Below are positions 15,398 through 26,700 of a DNA stretch of 64,000 bases, in pieces. Source of the stretch: Nageia nagi. Taxonomy: Eukaryota; Plantae; Pinophyta. Within the stretch, counting starts at the first letter, position 1, and every line of letters begins with the position of its first letter. The notes under the pieces are model-generated. The model worked only from the letters and a program-made list of their open reading frames with translations, was not told the origin of the DNA and did not search any database. A program made the position numbers and the translations under genes. The stretch is from positions 80,414,001 through 80,478,000 of the forward strand of contig JBITNC010000001.1 in the NCBI GenBank assembly GCA_050084985.1, in the 5' to 3' direction.

Positions 15398-15828
15398 TGT
15401 TAGAATTTGTAATGAAATATTGTGAATATCTAAACTCCTTATAAATTCAATTAATCACTTAAAGGATATTTAGATACCTTAAGGGATTAATTGAATTCTT
15501 TATTATGTAAACCTAACCTTACCCTTGGGTTAAAGGGAGGTTAGGGAGGTGCTCTCATGCTATAAATAGAGGGCCTCTCCTCTTGTAATAGCACTAAGTT
15601 TTTGGAGTAAGATTACTCTACTAGTTTGTGTAGGAGAGAAAGGAATTGTTGTAAGAGGGTGCATAGATTGAGAATTGAGATCTAGTTGTGGATGTACTCC
15701 CAAGGAGGGAGGAACCACATTATATTTGTGTTATCTTGTGTGAATGGTGTTATTAGCTTGTAGATGTTGAATGATTGAGTTTTCTATAGTCTTGGACCTT
15801 AAGGATTAGTGTAGATCTAATTCCTTCA
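15398..15828 (+). repeat. 5' LTR of element A (TATA box tataaata at 15561)
   Basis: Direct repeat of 23308-23738. Confidence 0.98.
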
Positions 15829-15830
15829 AT

Positions 15831-15842
15831 TGGTACCAGAGC
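15831..15842 (+). promoter_or_regulatory. Primer binding site (initiator tRNA-Met type)
   Basis: TGGTACCAGAGC, one mismatch from TGGTATCAGAGC, 2 nt after the LTR. Confidence 0.92.
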
Positions 15843-15931
15843 TTGGTGTGGAAGCTCTTCTTCTACATCTTGGAGGTTCTTCATCCTTCTTCAACTTGGG
15901 AATATTCTTCTTTAAACTACAACCTTGTGAG

Positions 15932-18613
15932 GTAAAATTTAAGAAGGTATAATCTCATTTTTTTAAAGAAGGGATTATATTCATTTTTGATACTAACATT
16001 CTTTTATGATTATGTTAGTTCAACTCCTAGCAAACATTGCCTCAATAACATAATATATTATTGCTCATTTTGTTTGTTCTACTAACAATCTTTTATGTTA
16101 AGTGATTGGGCAATAATACATTATGCAAAATTTGCAATTTGTATAATAACATTTTTTTGATTAGTTGCAATATTGCTATTGTTTTATTTTACATACCTTT
16201 TATTCTTTTGGTATTAAGAGGTCTTTATATGTAAAAAGAGGGAGATTTATGATTGCTAAGCTAATACCTTCACTTGAAATACATTATTATTTAACAAAAA
16301 TTATCTAAAACTTTATTTACAATAATTGTTTTTTCATTTTTACAAAATAGTAATAAATTGAAGGTTTCAATTTTTTGAAAAGCTACAAGATAGGTTTGAA
16401 AAATTTTAGGGCCACTTTGGTTGAGTGGAGGTGGCGAGTCATCAACAGCCCTCCTCCTTGCAGTGGTGGTCTCCTTACTGTAGCCCCCCCCTCATGTCCT
16501 TTTTTTCCTTTATCATAGCTGCATCATATCCTTTTTTTTATAGCGATTCAGATGTAGGAAGAATAAGGAATTTATACGTATTCATAGAAATTGAAATGCA
16601 ATTGAGATAAATACAAGAAAAGATGGACAATGAAGGCATTGCAAGCAAGTTAAAGATAATCTGCAAGCTGCAGAGCTTTGTATAAAAAAAATTTATTTTT
16701 TTTGCATGAACATAAACATATACAGTGCCTCGAGGGGCACTTTTAATTGATCTAAGTACAATAAAATGAATTGTCATAATAAAATACAGTACAGCACCAT
16801 GGAGCATTGGAAAATATCTCGCTCTAGTGCCCTGTCTTGTATTTTCAGGAAACACCCATCAAACGTATCAAAAAAAAAATATATCTTGCCACATCTTACC
16901 TTTGAGACTACAGTTCATCACCACATCTTATCTTTGTCCAACCAACCTGAAATGGAATGGTGGCCTTGTCATTCTCGGCATCTCCATTTATTAGAAGGCT
17001 GAGTGTTTGGCATTCTGAGAAATAAAAACCTAAGCTGAGCATTTTTTTTGTGAACCACTTGGCCATTTATTTTTCTTCTTCTCAACCACAAACCATAAGC
17101 TGAAACTGCCTCTCAGTTTGGATGAAGGTTGTTAAGAATGCTCTGACAAAGAATAGCATACTTTGTACTAATTGTGATGGTAATGCCAAATGCTACCTCT
17201 GGCGCCGCCGCTCCACAACCTACGCAACCTTCTCCCTCCTCCCTTACCGTTTAATCTTCTCCCACTTTGTTTGTGCATTTAATTTCTTTGTTGGCCCACT
17301 ACTTGCATATTCTTTATTCTATACCTTTTAAAAAAAATAATAATAATATGCTTAGAAACTTTTAATGTTTTACTCATTGTTGAGTTTTTAATTTACTAAG
17401 GTGCAAATGCAATTTCTAGATTGTCAATCTCTTAGCATTTGTTTTTAAAAAGCATCTTATTTAAAATTCTTTTAAGTAAAACAATAGGGAGAGGAATTTT
17501 TTTTACTTAAAACCTTTTTTTTCAAAGGTAACTTATGAAAATGCATACTTAAAAGACAATTTTTTTTGCATACAAGTTTTAGGGATAAAACGTTAAGTAA
17601 AAAAAAGGGGGAATTTGTATAGTTTTTTTTACTTAAAACTTTATCTAGATCTTGCATGCTAAATTTGTAATGCATGCCTCTTAATCTTGTGTAGGAATAA
17701 AGCATGCTTAGTACTTAAAATTTTAAGTTAAATAATGCATTTTTAATAAATAAATGATGCATGTTTATTACTTAATTTTTAAGTTATGGAATAATGCATG
17801 TTTAATTTTTTTAAGTTATAGATTAATGCTAAGTAGGACGTAGCCTTTTTAAATTCATTAAAGTGTTGAATGAATTTATGAACTTGAGCAAGTATGCAAA
17901 ATGTAAAAATGCCCTTTAGGGGTTAGTACAAAACCCATTGGACTCTTATATTTCAAGTTCTTGTGGATGATGTATTTTTAATACTTTACTTTTATATTTT
18001 TGCATAATTGCTTTATACTTGCAAAATGCAAATATTGAAAGTAACCCCTAAAATGAACACATTCGCATGTACTTTTCCATAACATGACTTATTTGGGGAG
18101 CCACGAGGTGAGGACAGGGCAGACTGGAGCCTTTTTAGTCCAAAGAACCAAGTGGTGGTAAATCTATCTTAATTGCCCCTAAGACCTCTATTGGATTGGA
18201 CATAACTCTATTAGGTGGACAGGCATGTGTGTAGTGATACCACATGTTCGTACATCCATTTAGGGATTATCCTGATAACCTAGGAGGAAAATTAAAAACC
18301 TTAAACAAGATAATTAAAATGGTCAGTCCAAGATACATCAGATCCTTGGAAAATAGTTGGTACTTCTCCTTGAGAGAGTATATTACTGACCAAGGTGAAC
18401 TGGTTGAGGACTGGTAGTACTTGGGCTCCACTCTGCGGGCATCCAAGTGAAGGCCTAATTCTATACAACAAAACAACCTCAACTTTATCCTTCTACGGAT
18501 CTTGGTTTATAATTTTGCACATGTGGGACATGTTTACTTATCAATGTTTGATTTGTATAGATGGTAAATTGTAGAAATTTATTCATTCTTCTTGCTTATT
18601 TACTTTTATGTAG
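15932..18613 (+). other. Putative leader intron of element A
   Basis: Donor TGAG|GTAAAA, with TGAG|GTAA also at 45527 and 50516 in related elements. Acceptor is a pyrimidine tract plus TAG| two nt before the gag ATG at 18616. Confidence 0.6.
16957..17185 (+). pseudogene. BSD2: Captured intron-less 5' CDS fragment of a BSD2-like (DnaJ-type Zn-finger) chloroplast chaperone
   Basis: One frame from ATG 16957: MVALSFSASPFIRRLSVWHSEK*KPKLSIFFVNHLAIYFSSSQPQTIS*NCLSVWMKVVKNALTKNSILCTNCDGN. This is a transit-peptide-like N-terminus plus the first CxxCxGxG. It parallels Arabidopsis BSD2 as I recall it (...VKAANNNPQGTKPNSLVCANCEGEG). Confidence 0.7.
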
Positions 18614-18615
18614 CA

Positions 18616-21600
18616 ATGGTTGAAACCTTCATACCCAAGCATATACTCAACAGTTCCAACTTCGGCATATGGGAACCACGTATGAAAGCTGAGTTACAAG
18701 CAAGGAAGCTATGGTAGATATTTAATGAAGATTTGGTCGATCCTACAGATGAGAAGGCTCTTGAAATCTACAACTCAAAGAATGAGTTAGCAACTTCAAT
18801 GATTTATCGTGCAGTTTCAGATGATGTACTTCTCATGATCTCTTCTTCAACATCAGCAAAGGAAGCTTGGGATAGGCTGAAGAAAATTTACCTTGGGTCA
18901 AAATTTTCAAGGAGGTTCACTATTTTACAAAAGTTGTTGCAATATTGTCAAGGTGAAGATGAAAGTGCTTCTATATACTTGAACAAAATCATTAACCTCA
19001 AGACACAACTGGTTGGCTGTGCGTGCAACTGGATCAATGATGAGTTCATGGTCTTCATCATTCTTCAAAGCCTTACTACAAAGTTCAGTAACTTTGTCAC
19101 AATTATGGAAACTAGGCTCGATGATGAAGAAGATGTCATCTCTCTTGATAACCTTTCTAGACTCCTTCTGAAGCATGAGGAAACTTTGAATAAGAAAATG
19201 TTGAACTTTTCTCCAAAGGATAATAACATTGCTCTAGGAGCAACCAAAACTCCTTTCAAGAAGAAGTTCAATCATTATAAATCCAAAGATAACAAATCCT
19301 CATCTACCTTCAGGAAGCATGAGAAAAAGGGCAACAATAATGGCAACTTCAAGCAAAGGAATGACAAAGCTGGATCAAGCAATCCAACACCTAAGGAAAA
19401 GTTTGATGGAAATTGTAACTTTTGTGGCATCTTTGGGCACAAAGAGAATGACTATCGCAAAAAGAAATTTGCTGAAAAAGGCAAGGGAAATGCAAATGTA
19501 AAAAATTTCAATCATAAAAAGAAGAACAAGCATGCTACTACTATTGCCTACTACTCAGTGATTCAAACTATTTCAAATGATTGGATTGTTGATTCAGGAT
19601 GCACTAATCACATGTGTTATGAAAAGGATAAGTTTGAAAACTTTCATAAGTACAAGAAGGATGCAGTTGTGATAAGTGATAATTCAGTCCTTGATGTTCA
19701 AGGAATAGGGAGTGTGAAGATTCATGGAAAGGTTTTTGATGATGTCTTTTATGTGCCTAAACTAAGGATGAATCTTATCTCCGTAATTCAGATTACAAGG
19801 AAAGGATACTCATTTGAGTTTACCTCACACTCCTGGTGTGTTAAGAAAGGACTTGCCACCTTGATGAAAGGATCAGTAAAGGATGACCTTTATACTATGG
19901 ATCAAGTTCCTTCAAAGATGTGTCTTACAGCAAATGTTTGTTCAAAGGGTAATCTTTGGCATCAACGATTAGGGCACCTTAACCACAAGAGTATTCAAGA
20001 TATGAAAAATCAAGAACTTGTGGAAGGTTTACCTAATATTTCACCCACAATTGGTCTCTGTGAAAGGTGCATTCTAGGAAAGATGAATAGGCAAAAGTTT
20101 GAAAAAGATAAGGCAACTCAGGCTACTTGTCCTCTTCAGCTTGTGCATTCAGATTTGATGGGTCCATTTCAGACTAAGTCTCTAGGGGGAGCTTCTTATG
20201 TTCTAACCTTCATTGATGACTTCAGCAGGATGACATTTGGTTATCTACTTGAGCATAAGGATCAAACTTTTTACAGGTTTAAATACTTCAAGGCTCTTGT
20301 TGAAAATCAAACTGATTTTAAGATCAAGATGCTGAGCTCTGATAATGGGGGTGAGTATAATAGCAATGAGTTTAACGACTATTGTGTTAAACAAGGGATC
20401 AAATAGCAATTCACAATCCCTTACACCCCTCAACAAAATAGAGTTGCTGAAAGGAAGAATCGAACCATTATGGAAATGGAAAGGTGCATGTTGGGTAACC
20501 TTCCTAGTTTCTTATGGGGTGAAGCTGTTCACACTGCTATTCACACCCTAAATAGGTGTCCTACTAAAGTAGTTGAAGGTAAAACTCCATATGAAGCATG
20601 GATAGGAAAGAAACCTAACATCTCACACTTTAGGGTCTTCGGTTGTGATGCATTTGCCTTCATTACCTTAGAGAAAAGAAACAAGTTGGATAAAAGATCA
20701 GAAAAATGCATCTTTATAGGGTATGATAATCAGCATAAAGGTTACAGGCTCTACTCCTCATCCCATAAAATAGTCTTTATTTCTAGGGATGTCAAGTTCA
20801 ATGAACTTCCTGAGGATACGACTTCTCATGCTGAGGTGTCTGATTCAGATGATTCTTCTCCTGCACCTAATTGGTTGGATGATAATGTAGGGAAGTCACC
20901 ACAAGAACAAAATTCTTCAGCTCAGAGAATTACAAGGAGTATGACCTTGAATAAATTTTTATTTGCCAAAATTGATAATATGAATGAGCCATCAACCTTC
21001 AAAGAAGCTTCCAAGCAAGAGTGTTGGATGGAAGCTATGAAAGTTGAGTATGAGGCGCTCATGAAAAATGAAACTTGGGATTTGGTTCCTTATCCCAATG
21101 AGAAAAATGTGATTGGAAATAAATGGATATACAAGGTCAAGTACAATTCTGATGGAGAAATTGAAAAATACAAAGCAAGGTTAGTGGCCAAAGGATTCAC
21201 TCAGAAATATGGTATTGATTATGAGGAAACCTTTGCTCCTATGGCCAAGATGCCTACTGTTAGGATAATCCTTGCTCTTTCTACAGCTTAAGGATGGAAA
21301 TTTTTTCAACTTGATGTTAAGAGTGCATTTCTCAATGGTGACTTGGATGTAGAAATCTACATGAATCAACCAGAAGGATTTATTCTAGAAGGTAAAGAGT
21401 CTTTTGTGTGCAAACTAAAGAAATCTTTGTATGGACTTAAGCAAGCACCTAGAGCATGGTACAAGAAAATTTTAGGATTCTTTGCAGATATTGGTTTTTC
21501 CAAGTGCTTCTCTGACTCAGATCTCTATGTACTCAATCAAGGAAAAGATGTGGTCTTAATTCTCCTTTATGTGGATGATCTTCTCATAACTGGCAATAAT

Positions 21601-22533
21601 ATTGAAATCATCCAAGAGTGCATATCCAAACTGAAGGCAACATTTGAAATGACTGATCTAGGTCTATTGCATTACTATCTTGGGATGCAAGTATACCAAC
21701 ACAAAGATTGTACTTATCTTAGTCAATCTAAGTATATATCAGACATCTTGCAAAAGTTTGGAATGGAGGAGTGTAGATATGCTGCAATACCTATTTCTCC
21801 TGGAATCATTGTATCTCTTAGCTCAGATTCTCAGTTGGCTGATGCTACAGCTTATAGGTAATTGATCGGTAGTATTCTGTATCTGACTATCTCTCAACCT
21901 GATATTACCTTTGCAGTGAATCTGATGGCACAATTCATGCAAAAATCATATGTTGAGCACCTCAATGCTGTTAAGCAAATCTTGAGGTATGTGGCAGGGA
22001 CAAAGGATCTTACTCTTAAGTATTCCAAAGTGCCCTCGATTGTTCTCTTCGAGTTCTCAGATTCTGATTATGGGGGAGATAAAGATGATATAAAATCAAC
22101 CTCTGCATATGTGTTCAGCATTGGTTCAAGTGCTATCTCTTGGGCTTCCAAGAAGCAACCTACTGTGACTCTTTCTACCACCAAAGTTGAATATTGAGCC
22201 ATGTCTGTTGCCACCCAGGAAGCTATTTAGCTAAGGCATCTTCTGAACAAAATTAGGTATGAGCAAAATGGCCCATCTCTTATTTCTTTAGACAATCAAT
22301 TGGCTATCTCTTTGGCTAAGAATCCTGTGTTCCATTAGAGAACCAAACATGTGGAAATCCAAGCCCATTTTATCAGGGAGAAGGTTCTAGATGACATCAT
22401 ACACTTGGAGTATTGTCCATCTACTATAAACTCTACTGATTTATTCACCAAGCCCCTTCCTGAAGCTCAGTTCAGCAAGCTTAGGGATTCTCTTGGGTTG
22501 GTGAAGTTGCCCTCAAGGGGGAGTGAAGTTTGA
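18616..22533 (+). pseudogene. Copia A gag-pol (gag, zinc knuckle, protease, GAG-pre, integrase, RT, RNaseH); one frame with 7 premature stops
   Basis: Motifs WIVDSGCTNHM, LWHQRLGH, VHSDL..FIDDFSR, SDNGGEY, YKARLVAKGF, LYVDDLL, SDSDYGG. Stops at 18715, 20404, 21289, 21859, 22195, 22228 and 22336; no frameshift. Confidence 0.97.
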
Positions 22534-22599
22534 AATTTTTTTAGTGATGATAACTTCACCTCTAAGAGGCCCTTTTGTTGTTATATAGTGTTGATTATG

Positions 22600-22818
22600 A
22601 TATACCTCTGTGGTAAGTTTGCTCTGTGTGAGGAACTTCTTGTACATTTTATACCTCCATGGTAAGTTTGCTCTGCGTGAGAAACTTGTTGTACAATTTT
22701 TTGAGCATATAATTGATATACCTCCGTGGTAAGTTCACTCTATGTGAGGAACTTCTTGTACATTTTACACCTCTGTGGTAAGTTTGCTCTGCATGAGAAA
22801 CTTGTTGTACAATTTTTT
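22600..22818 (+). repeat. Four copies of a 49-bp unit, as two dimers, in the 3' UTR of A
   Basis: Unit atacctctgtggtaagtttgctctgtgtgaggaacttcttgtaca seen at about 22602, 22651, 22718 and 22767. Confidence 0.92.
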
Positions 22819-23307
22819 ATGCTCTATTAATAATCAACACATGTCTATATACAACAGGTGACTATGAGTGATGGCTTGGCATCTCCGTGATGACTTATAG
22901 TGCACCATTGATCAGTTATTTATAAGATGGCATTATTTGATTCTCTTATTAATAAAATGAATATATGATGCATCTAACTGATTTTGTTCATGAGTTGCTT
23001 GTAGCATGCAGGATCTTCTTCAGAAATGCAGGTTACTCACCTTGTGTAAGCAAGCTCATGGAGACTCACATGTTAGCTTAAAGTTGATCGACTACTATGT
23101 ACAGTGAAACTAGTTGTGGTTAATGATTGTATTGTAAACCATTTTGTCAAATGGTAATGTAGTGAGTCTCAAACTAGTTCTCAAAAAGATTCTCAAATAT
23201 GTAAATGTTCTCATCTCCGCTTGTATCTCTATGGAGGAGAACTCTCTCTTACTCTCTCTCTCTCTTCTCTCTTCTATGCTCTATCCCAATATTGCATTAA
23301 GGGGGAG

Positions 23308-23738
23308 TGTTAGAATTTGTAATGAAATATTGTGAATATCTAAACTCCTTATAAATTCAATTAATCACTTAAAGGATATTTAGATACCTTAAGGGATTAA
23401 TTGAATTCTTTATTATGTAAACCTAACCTTACCCTTGGGTTAAAGGGAGGTTAGGGAGGTGCTCTCATGCTATAAATAGAGGGCCTCTCCTCTTGTAATA
23501 GCACTAAGTTTTTGGAGTAAGATTACTCTACTAGTTTGTGTAGGAGAGAAAGGAATTGTTGTAAGAGGGTGCATAGATTGAGAATTGAGATCTAGTTGTG
23601 GATGTACTCCCAAGGAGGGAGGAACCACATTATATTTGTGTTATCTTGTGTGAATGGTGTTATTAGCTTGTAGATGTTGAATGATTGAGTTTTCTATAGT
23701 CTTGGACCTTGAGGATTAGTGTAGATCTAATTCCTTCA
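23308..23738 (+). repeat. 3' LTR of element A, preceded by PPT ttaagggggag
   Basis: Direct repeat of 15398-15828. Confidence 0.98.
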
Positions 23739-26700
23739 TGGTGGAATGCTCCCATCTTCTACACCTTTGTTATTTTGTGCAACTTGGGTAAGAAAGTTGC
23801 ATAGTTTATATGTCAATATTTCATAGCTCTTTGTGTTGAATTTGCTCAAGATTTTATTCAATTGGAATCTAATCCATTTTGTACATACTTGCAAATACAA
23901 GCTACCTCTATTAGACATAAGATCAAGCTAATTGAATTGTATGAAGCTACAGGAGCCTATATTAAAGCTAAAGTGCACTAGCTTAAAATTAGGGATAAGG
24001 TTTCTAAGGAAGTTTTTCAAATACTTCCTCCTCCAAGATAAGAAACGCAATTCAAATATTTGTATGATGAGAGATTTTGGTTAACATATCTTACTAAGAT
24101 TGCTAAACCTTTTACCTACCATTATACTTCAGTATTTACAACTCATCCCTACACTCCCAAGTGATCTCTATCTCTACAAAAATGTAAATATGTAATACCT
24201 TCTCCACTCTCTCCCTTGAATTGATCTAAATATGAAAATCTCTTATCTATTAATGATTTAGAGGATTCCCTTATGCAGATGGTGGATGATAAAGCTCTAG
24301 GCCTAGATGGATTTCTTTTTCAATTCTATAAAGCTTGCTAAGACTTTTTAGGCTTCAACCTTCATAAGGTTTACCTTGAGGTAGTTTAAGTTGACTCTCT
24401 TGGGGACCTTATCAACAAAAAAAATATTAAGTTCATCCCAAAGCAAGGTGACCCAAATCTCATTACAAGCTAGAAGCCAATTACTCTTTTTAATGTCAAG
24501 TACAAAATTATTTCAAAGGCCCTTGCATTATGTGTTAAGCCTATCATTCCAATTATTATTCATCCTAAGCAAATTGGATTCATTCAAAATTACCACATCT
24601 TGGATAATGTAATAGCTATTTTAGAAAGAATAGAGTGGGCTTAAGCCACTAATTAATTATCTCTCTTCGTTAAGCAAGATTTTAAAAAAGCTTATGACAA
24701 GATTGAATGGGTCTTCATTCTTTCCATGTTGGTATCTTTAGGATTTAGACCTAGATTTGTGAACACTATGAACATGTTATTCAATGGCACTTTTATTGTT
24801 ATTTATTTGAACAATATGTATACTAAAGGCATATGGATTTATTTCTCTATTTGATATGGCTTCATGCTAGTCTTTTACCTTTACATTTAGCAGCAGATGA
24901 TTTCATGCACTTACTTACCAAGCATTCCAGTGAAGGCAAAATCTGTGGGATCATGCTTCCTAGGAATCAAGTTTAGCTTGTTAATGGGAACTTTATAGAT
25001 GATTATTTTTTAACCATTCATGAAGATGACTAATCCATATTTAAGGTAGTGGAATGCTTATACATATTCTACCAAGAATCTAGATCTAGTATTCAATGGG
25101 CAAAAACCTTTTCCTACAAGAAGTTCCCTCTAAATATGCCAACTTGGATAGCTAATTATTAATAGAATTGGATTCATCTTAAGGAGGTTTTTAATTTTTT
25201 AGGCATCCCCTTAGCATTTTAAGGGTTTCAACCCTAGCTTTGAAACTATGTGATTGCTAAAGTTAAAAAAAAAAAAAAAAAAACACTTGACTACTAGAAC
25301 TCCAAAAGGCTCTCATGAACAAGTAAATTTCAAACTTGCTCTAAGGTACTTGCTTCCACCCATGTGTACTACTCCTTTTATTGGGTACCTTTGTATTCCT
25401 ACTATAATAAGATGTAAAAACTTCTCTAAGAATTGCTCTAGAATAGACAAGTGGATAACAAGGGGTTTCATAGAGTGGCTTGGCAAATTTGTTGCCTTCC
25501 TTGAGACTCAGAAGGCATGGGTATTTTTTATTGTAAATTCTAAGGTGTGGCTCTTTATTCTAAGTGGATTGTTAGAGCTCTAATAGGACCTAAAGCTTGT
25601 AAATTTCTCATCAAAAATGTAGTATATATAGGCTTGACTCTTAACCAACAACCCTGGAAGGGGTTATATTTTTCTTCAATTATTATGGCTCCGAGCTATG
25701 TCAAAATTCCAAGCTCCTTTTTCATTTGAAGCATCTAAAAGCTTGGAAATAATTTTTGCTTTGGATTAAAGGGAAGGGATATTGATTTCATAAAGGGATC
25801 TATATTAATAAATTGAATATATGATAGTCTTCTCTATTTCAGCTTAATGGTACTGCTTTGGACCAAGTTCAATGGGTGCATGCTTGCAAATTTTTCAAAT
25901 GAGTTATTATTACTATTGTAGATTTTTTTAATAAGCACTCTAGGAATTGGATTCCTTAGAATAAATTCAAGAATTATTTTCACTTGAATGCCTCATACAA
26001 GGCTACTTATGATATTGTTATTGATCTTACACCTTTTTCTACTCTACACAAATTGTTGTAAACTCTCAGTAACCATGGTGGAAATATTGGAGATGTTAAC
26101 CCAATAATCCTTTGATTAATTACATAGCAGCCCTAGGATATAATTGGCTTACTCTATCATTGCCCAAGGTTTCATAGCTTAATTATAAGTGGGATTTGGT
26201 TTCCCATCACACTAGGTGGAAGCAATGCTTCAAATCTACATGGGCTTCCTACCATGAATAAAAAAAGTCTTTTTATCTAGATTTTGCTCAACCAAATTTT
26301 CTTGTTAGGTTATCACCTTAAGTATCTTGGAATCCCAAACCCTAAGTGTACTTTTTACAATGAACCTAAGCCTACTATGCATGTTTTTTAGTCTTTTCCT
26401 AGGGCTATCGCTTCTTGGAAGTGGGTAGCTTTCTTTTTTACTCCTTACATGCCTCTACCATTTTCATGGAAGCATATGCTAGGGGATTATTTTACCCTCA
26501 CCCTTTCTCTAAGAACTATTTGGCATATTTTTTGTTCCACTCTTTTGTTTCACATTTGAAAAAATAGAATCAATGTAGTTTTTCAAGAAGCCATTCCTAT
26601 AGTTAAGTTTACTCTATCTAACAAGATCGAGGTCTTTTTTACATGTGGGTTTAGATTATTGATCAATATTAAAAGTTATAACTTGATTTATACCATATTT

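Larger units (their letters stand above)
15398..23738 (+). mobile_element. Young Ty1/Copia element A with a 2.8-kb leader
   Basis: 431-bp LTRs (15398-15828, 23308-23738) with TG...CA ends and one mismatch (15801 A / 23711 G). TSD TGGTG at 15393-15397 and 23739-23743. PBS 15831-15842. PPT 23297-23307. Confidence 0.98.

Noticed and set aside
16419-17220. Pack-MULE as the carrier of the BSD2 fragment
   Set aside because: The inverted match is only about 20 bp and imperfect, with no 8-11 bp TSD; the cargo looks processed.
18616-22533. Rescue of premature stops by U-to-C editing or readthrough
   Set aside because: Includes a G-to-A stop (22228) and damaging missense changes; methyl-cytosine deamination explains them.
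22600-22820. Hammerhead ribozyme / retrozyme
   Set aside because: No CUGANGA...GAAA core with closing stems was found.
22887-22980. C/D box snoRNA (GTGATGA ... CTGA)
   Set aside because: No terminal stem, and the D box is not evident in the homologous copies in element D.
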